Shown here piece after piece: positions 17,561 to 29,763 of a DNA stretch of 64,000 nt; positions within the stretch are counted from its first letter, which is position 1; each line of letters starts with the position of its first letter. This stretch comes from an uncultured delta proteobacterium (GTDB lineage Bacteria > Desulfobacterota > RBG-13-43-22), in assembly GCA_963802945.1 (NCBI GenBank), contig CAWDKY010000015.1, forward strand, positions 64,001 to 128,000. The letters are read 5' to 3'. The notes below the pieces were generated by a model. That model did not search any database. It saw only the letters and a list, made by a program, of their open reading frames with translations, and was not told where the DNA came from. The position numbers and the translations under genes are program-made.

Positions 17561-18394
17561 TTAAATGGTCCCCTTCACCAACTTGTGGAAAGTCTTAACC
17601 CATTCCTTCCACACTCGATCAAAATCAGGCAAGTCCTTCAGCATTGGTCCCAAACGGTTGAGCCAAGCTTTTTCATTCCACTCCCGCAGCGTGTCTGAAG
17701 TGAGACTCTCAATAACAGGCGGCACAGCCCGGAGACGGCATTTCTCCTCGAATAGAGGTTTCAGTTCTTTCCATGTAAAACGTTCGCCTGATTTGCATAG
17801 GATATACCATAAATCATACAAGTCTCTCGGGCGCGGCCACTTCTTCTGCTGTTGAAGTAGCGATCTAAGCTTTTCAGCGAGGATCTCTTTCTTAGAATAA
17901 GCCGTAATTCTAAAAGCAGAAAGATCGGAATAGCTTGATTTGACCGAATGAACAACCGTCTTATCGAGAATAGGCTCATCAAAGGTCAGATGCACCTTGA
18001 CTTGCGGTAACCTCTGCCGTCGAGCCCCTCCCCTATTATACTCCATAGGGATTTCTATTTGAAAATCGCCCGACACCGTCATGGACTCCCGCCCGGACAA
18101 ATTAATACCCGATTCACGTAAAACCCAGGTTCTGGCTTTTTCCAGCCGGCGGATCGATGCTTCAAGGCTATCTCTCTCAGGCCGGCAACTAAAATCGATA
18201 TCCTCAGAGAACCGGTAACCCTTAAAATAGCAGTGCCTCAGGCAGGTCCCGCCCTTGAAGACCCAACCATGCTCTTTCACCCCGGAATGGGCCAATCCAG
18301 ACAGAAGCCAGAGAATGACGTAGTCTTTTTCGACCTGATCAAAGCGGAGTCTTTCCTTTTCGGCCACCCGATGCAGTTCCACCGTCGTAATCAC
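17561..18394 (-). CDS. AbiEii-family nucleotidyltransferase toxin (type IV TA)
   Basis: VEKDY, FKGGTCL, RFSEDIDF, AEKLRS, RPRDLYDL; GTG start overlaps the AbiEi stop. Confidence 0.92.
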   Translation of the reverse strand: MITTVELHRVAEKERLRFDQVEKDYVILWLLSGLAHSGVKEHGWVFKGGTCLRHCYFKGYRFSEDIDFSCRPERDSLEASIRRLEKARTWVLRESGINLSGRESMTVSGDFQIEIPMEYNRGGARRQRLPQVKVHLTFDEPILDKTVVHSVKSSYSDLSAFRITAYSKKEILAEKLRSLLQQQKKWPRPRDLYDLWYILCKSGERFTWKELKPLFEEKCRLRAVPPVIESLTSDTLREWNEKAWLNRLGPMLKDLPDFDRVWKEWVKTFHKLVKGTI

Positions 18395-19197
18395 GTTTTT
18401 ATCTCCGCGTTTACTAAAAGCCCCCACCGTCTGTTGTATTTCCCCTTCTTCGGCATGGTCGGGTCAAGCGGAGAGAATCCAGCGGCCCGGGGTATAGAAG
18501 CGCGTAGGGCTTCGACATCTCCCAGGCCCAGCCCTTCCATCAGGAATCCCAACCTTTTGGCCACGGCGGAATTGCCTATTTTAGCGGCGTATTTTCTCAG
18601 CTTTTTCTCGTCCAGCTTCTTCCAGGAGGCGTTCAAGGCTTTGGCAATTTCGCTTGTCCCGCCTACATACTGCGGGAGATCAAGTCCGTCTATGATCGTC
18701 TTCTCCCGATCCGTAACCTTGAAAGGAATCTCGTTTATCCAATCCGTTATGACCCCGAAAATTTTGCCCGGTCTCAGCGACACAATCTTATAATTCACTT
18801 CCAGCACCTCTCCCGGCTGCCGGCGCACAGGATGGTCCGTAGCCACGAAGACGGTATGGGGAAGCTGTTCGGACATACCATGATGGTTTAGGGCCGACCA
18901 GTAAGCGATCACTGCCGGAGATACGATCTCCATGGCGATCACAAACTCATGCAACTGCGGTGAACGGTCTTCGCCGGAAGAGAGTGGAATAATGGCAAAC
19001 CGCCCCCTGCGAATGCGTCTTATCCAACCTTTAGTTTGCAGCCGCTCCAGAAACTGGGGAGTAGGGTCATTCTTTTTATGCCTCAATACTTGGCGGGCGA
19101 AAGGAAGGCCGAAGATTGGGTGAACACCTGCTTTGGCCAGAAATTCGGCTTCCTTCTTCCCTAACGGGCTCCTTGTTATATTTTGTAGGTCATTCAT
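18391..19197 (-). CDS. AbiEi-family antitoxin/transcriptional regulator
   Basis: N-terminal wHTH (KGWIRRIRRGRF), YWSALNHHGM, TDREKTIIDGL, KRLGFL. Confidence 0.92.
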   Translation of the reverse strand: MNDLQNITRSPLGKKEAEFLAKAGVHPIFGLPFARQVLRHKKNDPTPQFLERLQTKGWIRRIRRGRFAIIPLSSGEDRSPQLHEFVIAMEIVSPAVIAYWSALNHHGMSEQLPHTVFVATDHPVRRQPGEVLEVNYKIVSLRPGKIFGVITDWINEIPFKVTDREKTIIDGLDLPQYVGGTSEIAKALNASWKKLDEKKLRKYAAKIGNSAVAKRLGFLMEGLGLGDVEALRASIPRAAGFSPLDPTMPKKGKYNRRWGLLVNAEIKT

Positions 19198-19489
19198 ATG
19201 CTCTTAAGCCTATTTATGTCATACAGAATATAACATTTCGCTAGCATGTCAAGATATTTTTAAATCGAGGGACTCCTGGCAAGTAAAATCTTTAGTTGCC
19301 CTCATTTGGAACAGAGAATCAGTTTAATTCTGACGAGATAAATCGGATTTCAATTTCTATATTTTAGAGTCCCGGATTTAAATTGGTTCCTTAATCCGAA
19401 ATCTACAATCCAAAATCCGAATTAGAAAATGGAGTTTGGCGCCCTAAACTACGTTGAGTTTAGGACAGCCATGAACCTTACATGGTTCA

Positions 19490-19583
<94 letters not shown>

Positions 19584-19725
19584 GTTATGAAAAGACCGGT
19601 TCAAGGTTCGAGGTAAAAATCAAAACCCAAAATATTAGATGAGTTCAAAATACCATCATAATAAATTGGCAGACAATACCAAATGGAACTATCTTAAACC
19701 TTACACCTTGAACCATGAACCATTT

Positions 19726-20232
19726 TTAGTTTCGGCGGGTTTCAAAAAACTTTTGTATCAGTTCCCGGCATTCCGTTTCCAAAACCCCGGAAATTACCTC
19801 AAAGCAATGATTCAAACGCTCATCCTTGGAAACATCATATAAAGAACCCAAGGCCCCGGCCTTGGGATCGGCCGTTCCAAAAATCACCCGATCCACACGG
19901 GCCTGGATCACTGCCCCGACGCACATCAGGCAAGGTTCGATGGTGATGTATAAAATGGTTCCCGGAAGCCGATAATTATTTAGAACCCGGGCGGCCTTTC
20001 GCAGAACCAGAATCTCGGCATGGGCCGTGGGATCATTGTTCTGCCTGGTCCGGTTATGATCAACGGCAATGACCTCGCCTCCGGAAGAAACCAAAACCGC
20101 CCCGATGGGAACCTCATCTTCCTGGAAAGCCTTCTCGGCCTCTTTCAAGGCCGCGGCCATAAATTCTTCCGTTCGGGTTATGGTCCCATCCTCCTTATTT
20201 TCAATAATAAATTGACGGGGGCTTCCTGTCAA
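19726..20232 (-). CDS. tadA: tRNA adenosine(34) deaminase
   Basis: EVPIGAV, DPTAHAE, EPCLMC, DPKAGA; true start uncertain. Confidence 0.93.
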   Translation of the reverse strand: MTGSPRQFIIENKEDGTITRTEEFMAAALKEAEKAFQEDEVPIGAVLVSSGGEVIAVDHNRTRQNNDPTAHAEILVLRKAARVLNNYRLPGTILYITIEPCLMCVGAVIQARVDRVIFGTADPKAGALGSLYDVSKDERLNHCFEVISGVLETECRELIQKFFETRRN

Positions 20233-20257
20233 GCGCTTTAACTTTGTTCAACTTCTT

Positions 20258-21232
20258 TCACTTTAGAAGACCCGATTCGTCGAAAATCCCTTCAAACAGA
20301 GGGCCGCTCAGATACCGCTCTCCTGCATCCGGGAGTATGACCACCATGGTCTTCCCTACAAATTCAGGAAGGTCGGCCAACCTGAGGGCAGCGGCCAGGG
20401 CTGCTCCGCAACTGATGCCCGACAGGATGCCTTCTTCCCGGGCCAGTCTCCTGGAATGGGTGATGGCCTCTTCACTGCTCACCTGCTCCACCCTATCGAC
20501 CAGCGACAGATCCAGGGTATCCGGAATGAAACCGGCCCCGATCCCCTGGATCTTGTGCGGCCCGGGTTTGAGTTCTTTACCGGCCAGATGCTGGGTGATT
20601 ACCGGACTCTCCGCCGGTTCCACGGCCACACTAATGATCTTTCGCTTTTTATCTTTCTTGATGTACCGCGACACACCGGAAATCGTTCCCCCTGTGCCCA
20701 CTCCGGAGACCAGCACATCGATCTTTCCCTCAGTCTGCTCCCAAATCTCCGGACCGGTGGTCTTGTAATGTATTTCAGGATTGGCGGGATTTTTGAACTG
20801 TTGGGGGATAAAATACTTGGGATCTGATGCGGCAATGGCTTCGGCCTCGGCAATGGCCCCTTTCATCCCTTGAGCCCCGGGGGTTAAAATAAGATGGGCA
20901 CCAAATATCGCCAGGACCTTTCTTCGCTCCATGGACATGGTTTCCGGCATGGTGATGTGCAGTTTATAGCCCTTGGCCGCTGCCACATAGGCCAGGGCGA
21001 TGCCGGTGTTACCGCTGGTGGGTTCGATGATTTCCATGCCGGGTTTGAGTGAGCCATCCTTTTCGGCTGTCCAGATCATGTTTGCCCCTATCCGGCATTT
21101 GACGGAATAGGCAGGATTCCGGCCTTCCACCTTAGCCAAAACAATGGCCTTTTTCCCTTGGGCCATTTTGTTGATCCTGACCAACGGTGTATTTCCGATC
21201 GAAAAAGTATTGTCGTTAAAGTATGTTGCCAT
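20258..21232 (-). CDS. cysK: cysteine synthase A
   Basis: [37 protein letters not shown]. Confidence 0.96.
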   Translation of the reverse strand: MATYFNDNTFSIGNTPLVRINKMAQGKKAIVLAKVEGRNPAYSVKCRIGANMIWTAEKDGSLKPGMEIIEPTSGNTGIALAYVAAAKGYKLHITMPETMSMERRKVLAIFGAHLILTPGAQGMKGAIAEAEAIAASDPKYFIPQQFKNPANPEIHYKTTGPEIWEQTEGKIDVLVSGVGTGGTISGVSRYIKKDKKRKIISVAVEPAESPVITQHLAGKELKPGPHKIQGIGAGFIPDTLDLSLVDRVEQVSSEEAITHSRRLAREEGILSGISCGAALAAALRLADLPEFVGKTMVVILPDAGERYLSGPLFEGIFDESGLLK

Positions 21233-21365
21233 GCCACCCCCTTGTTGATTATAGCCTCAATAAATTATTAAAAATCATTTAAATCAGGGTTTGGAGAGCC
21301 TTCCTTTCCAGAGTTTCGAACACCGGCGCTAAGGCCTACGAGTATGGTCCCAAGCCGGTTTCGAA

Positions 21366-22298
21366 TTAGTCATCCCATACCTGCATCTGAGTAATACGAC
21401 TGGAAGGCGGTACACTCCTCACCAACCAAACGTTTCCTCCGATGATTGAACCTTTTCCAATAGTGATCCGCCCCAGTATCGTTGCCCCGGAATAGATGAT
21501 CACATCATCCTCCACGATGGGATGTCTCGGTATCCCTTTGATAGGATTTCCATCGTCATCGACTTTGAAGCTCTTGGCTCCCAAAGTAACTCCCTGATAG
21601 ATACGCACACGCTTCCCGATGACGCTTGTTTCGCCGATGACCACACCGGTACCATGATCGATGAAGAAGTATTCGCCGATAGAGGCGCCCGGGTGGATAT
21701 CGATACCCGTACTGCTGTGGGCCAGCTCTGTGATCATTCTGGGGATGAAAGGGACATTCAGTTTATAAAGCTCATGAGCCAGACGATAATTGGTTATCGC
21801 CCATAGCCCGGGATAGCTGAAGATGACCTCGTCTAAACTTGTTGCTGCCGGATCACCCTCATAAGCGGCATGGACGTCCGTTCCCAGCATCCTCTGGATT
21901 TCGGGGAGACTTCTCAAAAAGGCCTCGGTAATCTTTTCCGCCTCATCATGGCAGCGTGTGCACCTTTGGATGTCATCACGGCACGAGAACCCGAGTCCGC
22001 GTTGAATTTGCTCCTGAAGCATCTCTTGGAGACGATCAATGGTCGAACCGATATAAAAAGACATGTTCTCTTTTTTCACTTCTGAGAAGCCAAAATAGCC
22101 GGGAAACAGAATCGTGCGCAAAGAGGAAGTAATTTCTTCCACCGCCCTGCGGGAGGGGAGGTTTTGATGACAGGCGGCCTTTCCGTTCTGATCGATGAAG
22201 CCCAAGGTATTAGCATAAAGCGTCTGGACAAGGTCCTTCAATGCACCGTTTTCTAATGATTCTTTTGGCACTGGATTATTTTGATTGGGATGATTCAT
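21366..22298 (-). CDS. cysE: serine O-acetyltransferase
   Basis: GDPAA, GIDIHPGA, IDHGTGVVIGET, RHP. Confidence 0.94.
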   Translation of the reverse strand: MNHPNQNNPVPKESLENGALKDLVQTLYANTLGFIDQNGKAACHQNLPSRRAVEEITSSLRTILFPGYFGFSEVKKENMSFYIGSTIDRLQEMLQEQIQRGLGFSCRDDIQRCTRCHDEAEKITEAFLRSLPEIQRMLGTDVHAAYEGDPAATSLDEVIFSYPGLWAITNYRLAHELYKLNVPFIPRMITELAHSSTGIDIHPGASIGEYFFIDHGTGVVIGETSVIGKRVRIYQGVTLGAKSFKVDDDGNPIKGIPRHPIVEDDVIIYSGATILGRITIGKGSIIGGNVWLVRSVPPSSRITQMQVWDD

Positions 22299-23078
22299 GG
22301 TTGATTATCCTTTCTTCTCCTGCATAGACATGCATTCGTTTACCTCCGGCAAAACCCACTAAGGTCATATTGAAATCCCTGGCCAGGCTCACACCCATAT
22401 CGGTAGGTACCGATTTCGAAACCAGGATAGGAATATTCCGCTTGGCCACCTTAAATAGTATTTCTGAAGATATTCGCCCACTGATGATCATCATCTTATC
22501 GTCTGACGGAACGGCCTCTTGCAGGCAGCGGCCGAACACCTTATCAACGGCATTATGCCGGCCGATATCTTCGGCAAAGATGAAAATACGTTTCCGGTCA
22601 CAGAGCGCGGCACTGTGGACACCGTGCGTTTCCCTATAGACCTCTGAATGACCCTGGAATTCCAGGTTCAATCTCATAATCTCCGCCGCCGATATCGTCA
22701 GTCCCGATGGGAGGCGATGTTTTTTGAGATCGGTATCGGCAAAACTGTAAAAGGCTAACCCGCTCCCACACCCTGTGGTCAGCACTCTTTTCATGAAGAG
22801 TTTATGGGCCGGATCGAGGCCGTCTTTGGTTTTCGGATACGAATGATCCCTCTGGTCTCATCGAGGTGCAACCTTTTCACATCTTCTTTCTGTTTGATAA
22901 AACCTTCGGAACTGAGAAAGCCTAAAGCCAGAGAATCCAGGTCGGTTGGTGAGCATAACAGGGTCACCAATTGTTCGTCGTTCAGGATGATGGTTAAGGG
23001 GAACTCGATGACAATACGATCTCGAAATGTCGACCGGTCCCCGTCTTGTATCCGCAAAATGTCGATCTCTTTCTTCAT
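22276..23078 (-). pseudogene. fdhD: FdhD sulfurtransferase, frameshifted near 22840
   Basis: N-half EFPLTI...LLCSP...GFL and C-half TTGCG...THGVHSAAL...EDIGRHNAVDK...SGRISSE lie in different frames. Confidence 0.85.
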
Positions 23079-23140
23079 AATAATGGCAGTCCCGAAGGGT
23101 TGAACTGATTCCTCCTCTTCTTGTTGGCTGGACTCCTTCC

Positions 23141-24307
23141 CTAAACCTTTTTATATAGGGGCGACATGGCTCTCAAACGGCTCACGACCTCGGGAAGGAT
23201 CTCCATGAGGTCGTCAATATCCCTCTCGGTATTGTATTTACCCAAGCTGAACCGCAGGGTTCCCTGAGCCTGCTCGCGATCCAAGCCGATAGCGGTCAGG
23301 ACATGGGAAGGCCCCTCACTGGATGAAGAACAGGCAGAACCCGTAGAACAGGCGATGCCCATCATGTCCAGACTCAGCAGCATCCCTTCCCCTTCGACAA
23401 AGGCTATGGATACATTGACATTGTTCGGAAGCCTCTTGCTCGGATGTCCATTCAATACCGTTTGGTCAATACGGCCGAGAATCTCTGAAATGAGCTTATC
23501 CCTTAACCCTGCAGTTTCGAGCATCTCCTTGTTCAAATTTTTCTGTGCCAGTTCGACGGCCTTGCCAAAACCGACAATGCCCGGAACGTTATGGGTGGAA
23601 GCCCTGCGATTGTCCTCCTGCTCTCCGCCGTGCATGAACGGCATAATCTTGGTACCCTGCCGGATATACAGCAGCCCTACCCCTTTCGGGCCGTAAAGCT
23701 TATGAGCCGAAGCGGAGAGTAAATCGACATTTAATTCGTTCACACTTAAAGGCAAATGCCCAAAGGTCTGAACAGCGTCGGTATGAAAACAGACCCCCAT
23801 TTCCTTGGCGATCCTCCCGATCTCCTTAATTGGCTGGATCGTGCCGATTTCATTGTTGGCCTGCATGATGGAAATCAGGATGGTTTTATCGGTAATCGCC
23901 TTGCGGATGTCGTCAGGGTCCACCAGGCCATAGGGATCAACCGGCAGATAAGTAATGCTGAATCCCTCTTCTTTTTCTAAAAAATGGCAGGGCTCGATGA
24001 TAGCGTGATGCTCTATGACCGAAGTGATAATGTGATTACCCTTTTTTTTGTTGGCATAAGCCACACCCTTTAAGGCGAAATTATTACTTTCTGTGCCGCC
24101 GCTGGTAAAAACGATCTCCGAGGCCTTTGCGCCAAAGAAAGAGGCGATGTTTTCCCTGGCCTCTTCAGTGGCTTCGCTGGCTTGCTGACCGAAGGCGTGC
24201 AGACTGGAGGGGTTCCCGAATTGCTCGTTCATATACGGCAGAATGGCCTGGACCACTTCCGGATCAACCGGTGTCGTCGCTGCATAGTCCATATATATCT
24301 TTTTCAT
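23141..24307 (-). CDS. nifS: cysteine desulfurase NifS/IscS
   Basis: YMDYAATTP, FTSGGTES, SAHKLYGPKG, STGSACSS. Confidence 0.95.
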   Translation of the reverse strand: MKKIYMDYAATTPVDPEVVQAILPYMNEQFGNPSSLHAFGQQASEATEEARENIASFFGAKASEIVFTSGGTESNNFALKGVAYANKKKGNHIITSVIEHHAIIEPCHFLEKEEGFSITYLPVDPYGLVDPDDIRKAITDKTILISIMQANNEIGTIQPIKEIGRIAKEMGVCFHTDAVQTFGHLPLSVNELNVDLLSASAHKLYGPKGVGLLYIRQGTKIMPFMHGGEQEDNRRASTHNVPGIVGFGKAVELAQKNLNKEMLETAGLRDKLISEILGRIDQTVLNGHPSKRLPNNVNVSIAFVEGEGMLLSLDMMGIACSTGSACSSSSEGPSHVLTAIGLDREQAQGTLRFSLGKYNTERDIDDLMEILPEVVSRLRAMSPLYKKV

Positions 24308-24352
24308 GACAGATCTCTTTTTTATCTTCCTGACGATCTTAACCTGCCCCTT

Positions 24353-24960
24353 TTAATATCCGTTGCCGGGTTGCAATATAAAAATGGCTTCGGAGGCAAA
24401 CCAATTGGGCCGGAAGTGCACGACGGTTTTTTCTCTCAGGTAGATGGCCTTTAGGACCTTTAGATTACGCTGCCGGCAGAAGTCCTGAAAATCCTTGATA
24501 CTTAAAAATCGCACGTTGGGCGTATTGAACCAGGCATAAGGCAGCGAACGGGTAATCGGGGCCTTTCCTCTCACAAAAAGCATATATCGTGCTTTCCAGT
24601 AGGCGAAATTCGGAAAGCCGACGATTAATATACGTCCCACACGCAAAGCTTCATTAATCAAAAAATCTACCTGTTTGACCTCCTGCATACTTTGATTCAG
24701 GATCACATAATCAAAGACCCCATCGGGATATTCCTTAAGACCGCTCTCGATATCGCTTTGAAAGGCATTGATTCCTTTTTTTACACAGGCGTGAATGGCC
24801 TGATCGTCCAGCTCAATGCCCTGAACCTTGGCCTGCTTTCCTTCAGCCAGAAGGGTCAAGAGATCGCCCTGGCCGCAGCCCAAATCGAGGACACGGGCCC
24901 CGGGTCGATCGCTTCATAAATGATCTGGTGATCCAAGCGAATTACTGAAGATGGATTCAT
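24353..24960 (-). pseudogene. metW: methionine biosynthesis protein MetW, -1 frameshift in a G run near 24900
   Basis: RLDHQII...IDPG/ARVLDLGCGQG...GFPNFAYW...WFNTPN. Confidence 0.85.
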
Positions 24961-24979
24961 GTTACGCACCTGCTATTAT

Positions 24980-25698
24980 TGATGAAACCGTAAAGAGGCG
25001 TCACCACGCCTGCCCCGGAATATTTCAATCCGGGGGCGAAGGCCGGGGTCCAGGAAAATAATAGTCATGACCACCGGCAGAGCCGGTGGCTTGCTGAGGG
25101 CCCCTGGAAGGGGCCTCGGTCTACTCTAATTCTAACTCCATCTGCTCTTTATCAAGTTTTTCCTGATTGCGAATATACTCTCGTACCTGCTTCTCATCAT
25201 AGCCAACAGTACTAACATAATACCCACGTACCCAAAAATGTTTTCCGGTCGTCCCCTTGCCTACAAACTCCCGATGCAACCGAATAGCACTTTTCCCTTT
25301 CAAAAATCCTGTTACATCGGAAATACTGTATTTGGGCGGAAAACTCAAACATACATGGAGATGATCGATCAACGCATGTCCCTCGATCACTTCAATCCCT
25401 TTCTGTCGGCATAAATCCTGAACAATCTCTCCCAATCGCTTCCTAACTTTCCCGTATAATATCTTCCGGCGGTATTTGGGAACCCAGACAATGTGATATT
25501 TGCACTCCCACTTAACATGTGCTAAACTTTGTAGGTCTTTCACGGAAATCTCCTTCCCGACCTACCCCTCCTCCGGGGCCCTCGGGAAGGAGATTTTATC
25601 ACCCCTGACCGGCAGAGCCTATTAATTGATAATTCTGGATTCCGGTTTTCGGCGGAATGACTCGAAGGAGTATATCACAACTTTTTACGAATCCATCA
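24980..25698. repeat. REP-doublet MITE split by IS200
   Basis: Left arm tgatgaaaccgtaaa...gcgaaggccggggtccag and right arm ctggattccggttttcggcggaatgac...ctttttacgaatccatca match the intact copy at 50293-50427. Confidence 0.7.
25065..25625 (-). mobile_element. tnpA: IS200-type element with tnpA (CDS 25121-25543)
   Basis: CKYHIVWVPKYRRK, DHLH (HUH), FWVRGYY, YIRNQ; subterminal hairpin ccaccggcagagccggtgg and partial copy gaccggcagagcc; ends approximate. Confidence 0.9.
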
Positions 25699-25705
25699 TT
25701 ATCGA

Positions 25706-26851
25706 TCATAAAATTTTTTCGAAAAAGTGCTGGATTAAATAGGTTTGTTCCTCAACGTCAACCAAAAAGGCATCATGTCCATAGGTCGAACGCAGCTCGC
25801 AGTAAGTGGCATCCACAAAATTCGTCTTTAACTGCCGGACGATCTCCTGGGATTGATAGGAGGGATAAAGCCAATCCGAACTAAAGGAAATGATGAGAAA
25901 TCGGGTGTCCATCGTATCCCGATTCGGGATCAGTTTTCCTCCGGACAGATCAAAATAATCCAGGGCCTTGGTGATATAGAGATAGGAATTGGCATCAAAG
26001 CGTTTGACAAAATTATCCCCCCGGTAGCGCAGGTATCCCTCGACCTCAAAATCGGCGGCGAAATCAAAACTCAAATTGCCGTTCTTGAACTTCCGGGAAA
26101 ATTTTTCCTCCATGGACTGATCACTCATGAAGGTGATGTGCCCGATCATACGGGCCACAGCCAGCCCCTTCCTGGGCTGACCGTGTTCGTAATAATTCCC
26201 GTGCCGCCAGGCCGGATCGGCCATGATCGATTGCCTGATCACCTCGTTGAAGGCGATCTGCTGAGGGGAATGTTTCAGGGCCGTGGCAATAGGAATGGCC
26301 GCCCGAACACGCTCCGGATAGGAAGCCACCCACTGCAGGACCTGCATGCCTCCCATCGAGCCGCCGGCCACGCAAAGGAGTTTCTCAATACCCAGATAAT
26401 CGATCAGCTAGCTCTGGGCCTTAACCATATCGGCAATGGTAATAAAAGGGAAATCGAGGGCAAAAGGCTTACCGGTTTTCGGATTGATCGAGGAAGGCCC
26501 GGTACTGCCCTTGCATCCGCCGATCACATTGGAGCAGATGATAAAAAACCTGTCGGTATCAAAGGCCTTGCCCGGACCGATCATGATATCCCACCATCCC
26601 GGGTCTTTTTCTCCCTTATGAAAGCCGGCGGCATGGGCATCGGCCGAAAGGGCATGGAGGATTAAAATGGCATTGCTCCTATCGCTGTTCAAAGTCCCGT
26701 AAGTTTCATAGGCGAGGGTAATACGACCCAAAGTCTGTCCGGATTCCAAATCTAGCTCATGGGGTGGCTCGGCCAAAACAAACTGTTTGGTTTCCACATA
26801 GCCCAGACTTTTTTTCTTGTCCGTAGCTGATTGGGTTATTTTCTGTTTCAT
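25706..26851 (-). pseudogene. metX: homoserine O-acetyltransferase with in-frame TAG at 26408-26410
   Basis: HALSADAH...GPSS...AQS*LIDYLGIEKLLCVAGGSMGGMQ...GHDAFL, all in one frame. Confidence 0.9.
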
Positions 26852-26893
26852 TTTTTCAATGACCGATTTTATTCTTTCCTATGACACTTCATC

Positions 26894-28180
<1,287 letters not shown>

Positions 28181-28333
28181 TGTTTTCTCCCATGAAATAG
28201 TAATCGGGGATAACTGCTGTTACGGGTTACCGGTTGCTGGTTTAAAATTTAAGGATTTTTTCCAACTCCAACCCGTAACCCGTAAAAAAATTAAATTTTC
28301 TTATAAGTTTCTTCTCTCTTTATTTTTTCACCA

Positions 28334-28756
28334 TCAGGTATTTTTCGCCTTCTTCCTGCTCAGATGCGTCAACTTCTTCAGGGTTATGGATTCAAGGGTC
28401 TCGGATATTTTCCCGCCCAATAAAATCCAGATATCCCGTGTGGCACAGGTTGAGATTCTGTTGCAGGCTGAGGAATCTTTTATACAATTGACCAGACAGT
28501 CCCCCTCCAGGACATCCATAATTTGCTTCATGGAAATTTTGGAAGGCTCTCTGGCCAGGGTATATCCCCCATAGGCCCCCCGGTTGGAATGGACCAGCCC
28601 GGCACCTCGTAGTGGGATGATGATCAGACTGAGATATTTCTCGGAAATGTCTTCTCTTTTGGCTATATCTTTCAAAAAAACCGGCCCTTTGCCATAATTA
28701 AGGGCCAAGGAGAGCATCAGCCTAACCCCGTACCGAGCCCTAGTAGAAAGTTTCAT
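28334..28756 (-). CDS. Rrf2-family regulator (IscR/CymR-like)
   Basis: MKLSTRARYGVR, ISEKYL, RGAYGGY, Cys-rich region CLVNCIKDSSACNRISTC. Confidence 0.94.
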   Translation of the reverse strand: MKLSTRARYGVRLMLSLALNYGKGPVFLKDIAKREDISEKYLSLIIIPLRGAGLVHSNRGAYGGYTLAREPSKISMKQIMDVLEGDCLVNCIKDSSACNRISTCATRDIWILLGGKISETLESITLKKLTHLSRKKAKNT

Positions 28757-28909
28757 AACACCGCCCCTTTGTAAATACTACGAGTTCTAAGAATTCCTTT
28801 AACTCAAAAGGAGAAATGATCTTCGGAAGCTCTGAACATAGATAACGACATCCTCCTCTTCAGTCCAACCGTGTGACGGAGTGGGCTAGCAAGGGGAATT
28901 CAAATAATA

Positions 28910-29011
28910 GGCAGATTCTTTGAATAAACCCTTTTCAGAAAAACAGCCATCCGTAACCAAGACATAGCCTTGGGGAATAAATCCTAAAAAATCTTCAAAG
29001 GCTCGTATGGT
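28910..29011 (-). mobile_element. remnant resembling an IS91-like (Y2) transposase segment
   Basis: IRAFEDFLGFIPQGYVLVTDGCF resembles the TFGDFLxFNPHxHxLVTDGCF block from memory; the HUH residues are lost. Confidence 0.45.
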
Positions 29012-29031
29012 TTTGGAATCATTAGTAATCT

Positions 29032-29739
29032 TTATTTCACCACGATACAAGTAATCTGCCCCTTCGAGCTTACATATTACCCCGAAATGATTATCCCATC
29101 CGATGTCTTTTTTACCGATACAAATAGTACAAACGCCCAAGGGAGGGACGCCCTTCAACCGCAGGCCTTTTACGTCGATATCTTTCATTCCTTTCAGTTC
29201 AAACAAAAGTCTTCCCGTTCCTGTGCCATGGAGCGCATTCATTTCGTATATCGTGATTGATTTGCTTACTTCACGTATCTTTTCATGAAAGACCTCTCTC
29301 TCAGCCTGGCTTATCAGATCAATTTTTGTTACAACGGCAATGTCAGCCAGACTACCATGGGGCTGATCTTTAAAGGAGAGTTCATGCCACCCAGCATGCT
29401 GAGGACAATAACTCCAAGGCCCTGGTTCAAATAAGGAGTGCAACGAAGACATAATCCGGCACTTTCTACAATAAGCATCTCACTTCCGTTGTCCTCGGCC
29501 CATTCAATGGTGTCTTTCATAATCATAACACTCGCATGGTCCGGACACATGTCCCCGGCATAGACAACTTTTATAGGTAAATCAAAGAATTCCTTTTCTA
29601 ATTCTTCTTTCTCGAAGGCGACCACGACATCAATTTTCAGATAAGATATTTTGACCTTAGGGTATAATTCTCGTATTATATTCTTGATGACAGCCGTCTT
29701 TCCTGCCGATGACGTTCCTGCAAAGTTTATTAGTTTCAT
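29032..29739 (-). pseudogene. G3E (UreG/HypB-like) GTPase, frameshifted
   Basis: AGTSSAGKT, GDMCPDH, ESAGLCLRCTP, then shifted frame LADIAVVTKID...GVCTICIG...YLYRGE. Confidence 0.8.
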
Positions 29740-29763
29740 AGATCATTCCTTTTTAACTGATAT

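Noticed and set aside
25853-26665. 270-aa plus-strand ORF and the many other antisense ORFs in the track
   Set aside because: Shadows of recognisable genes on the opposite strand, with no family motifs.
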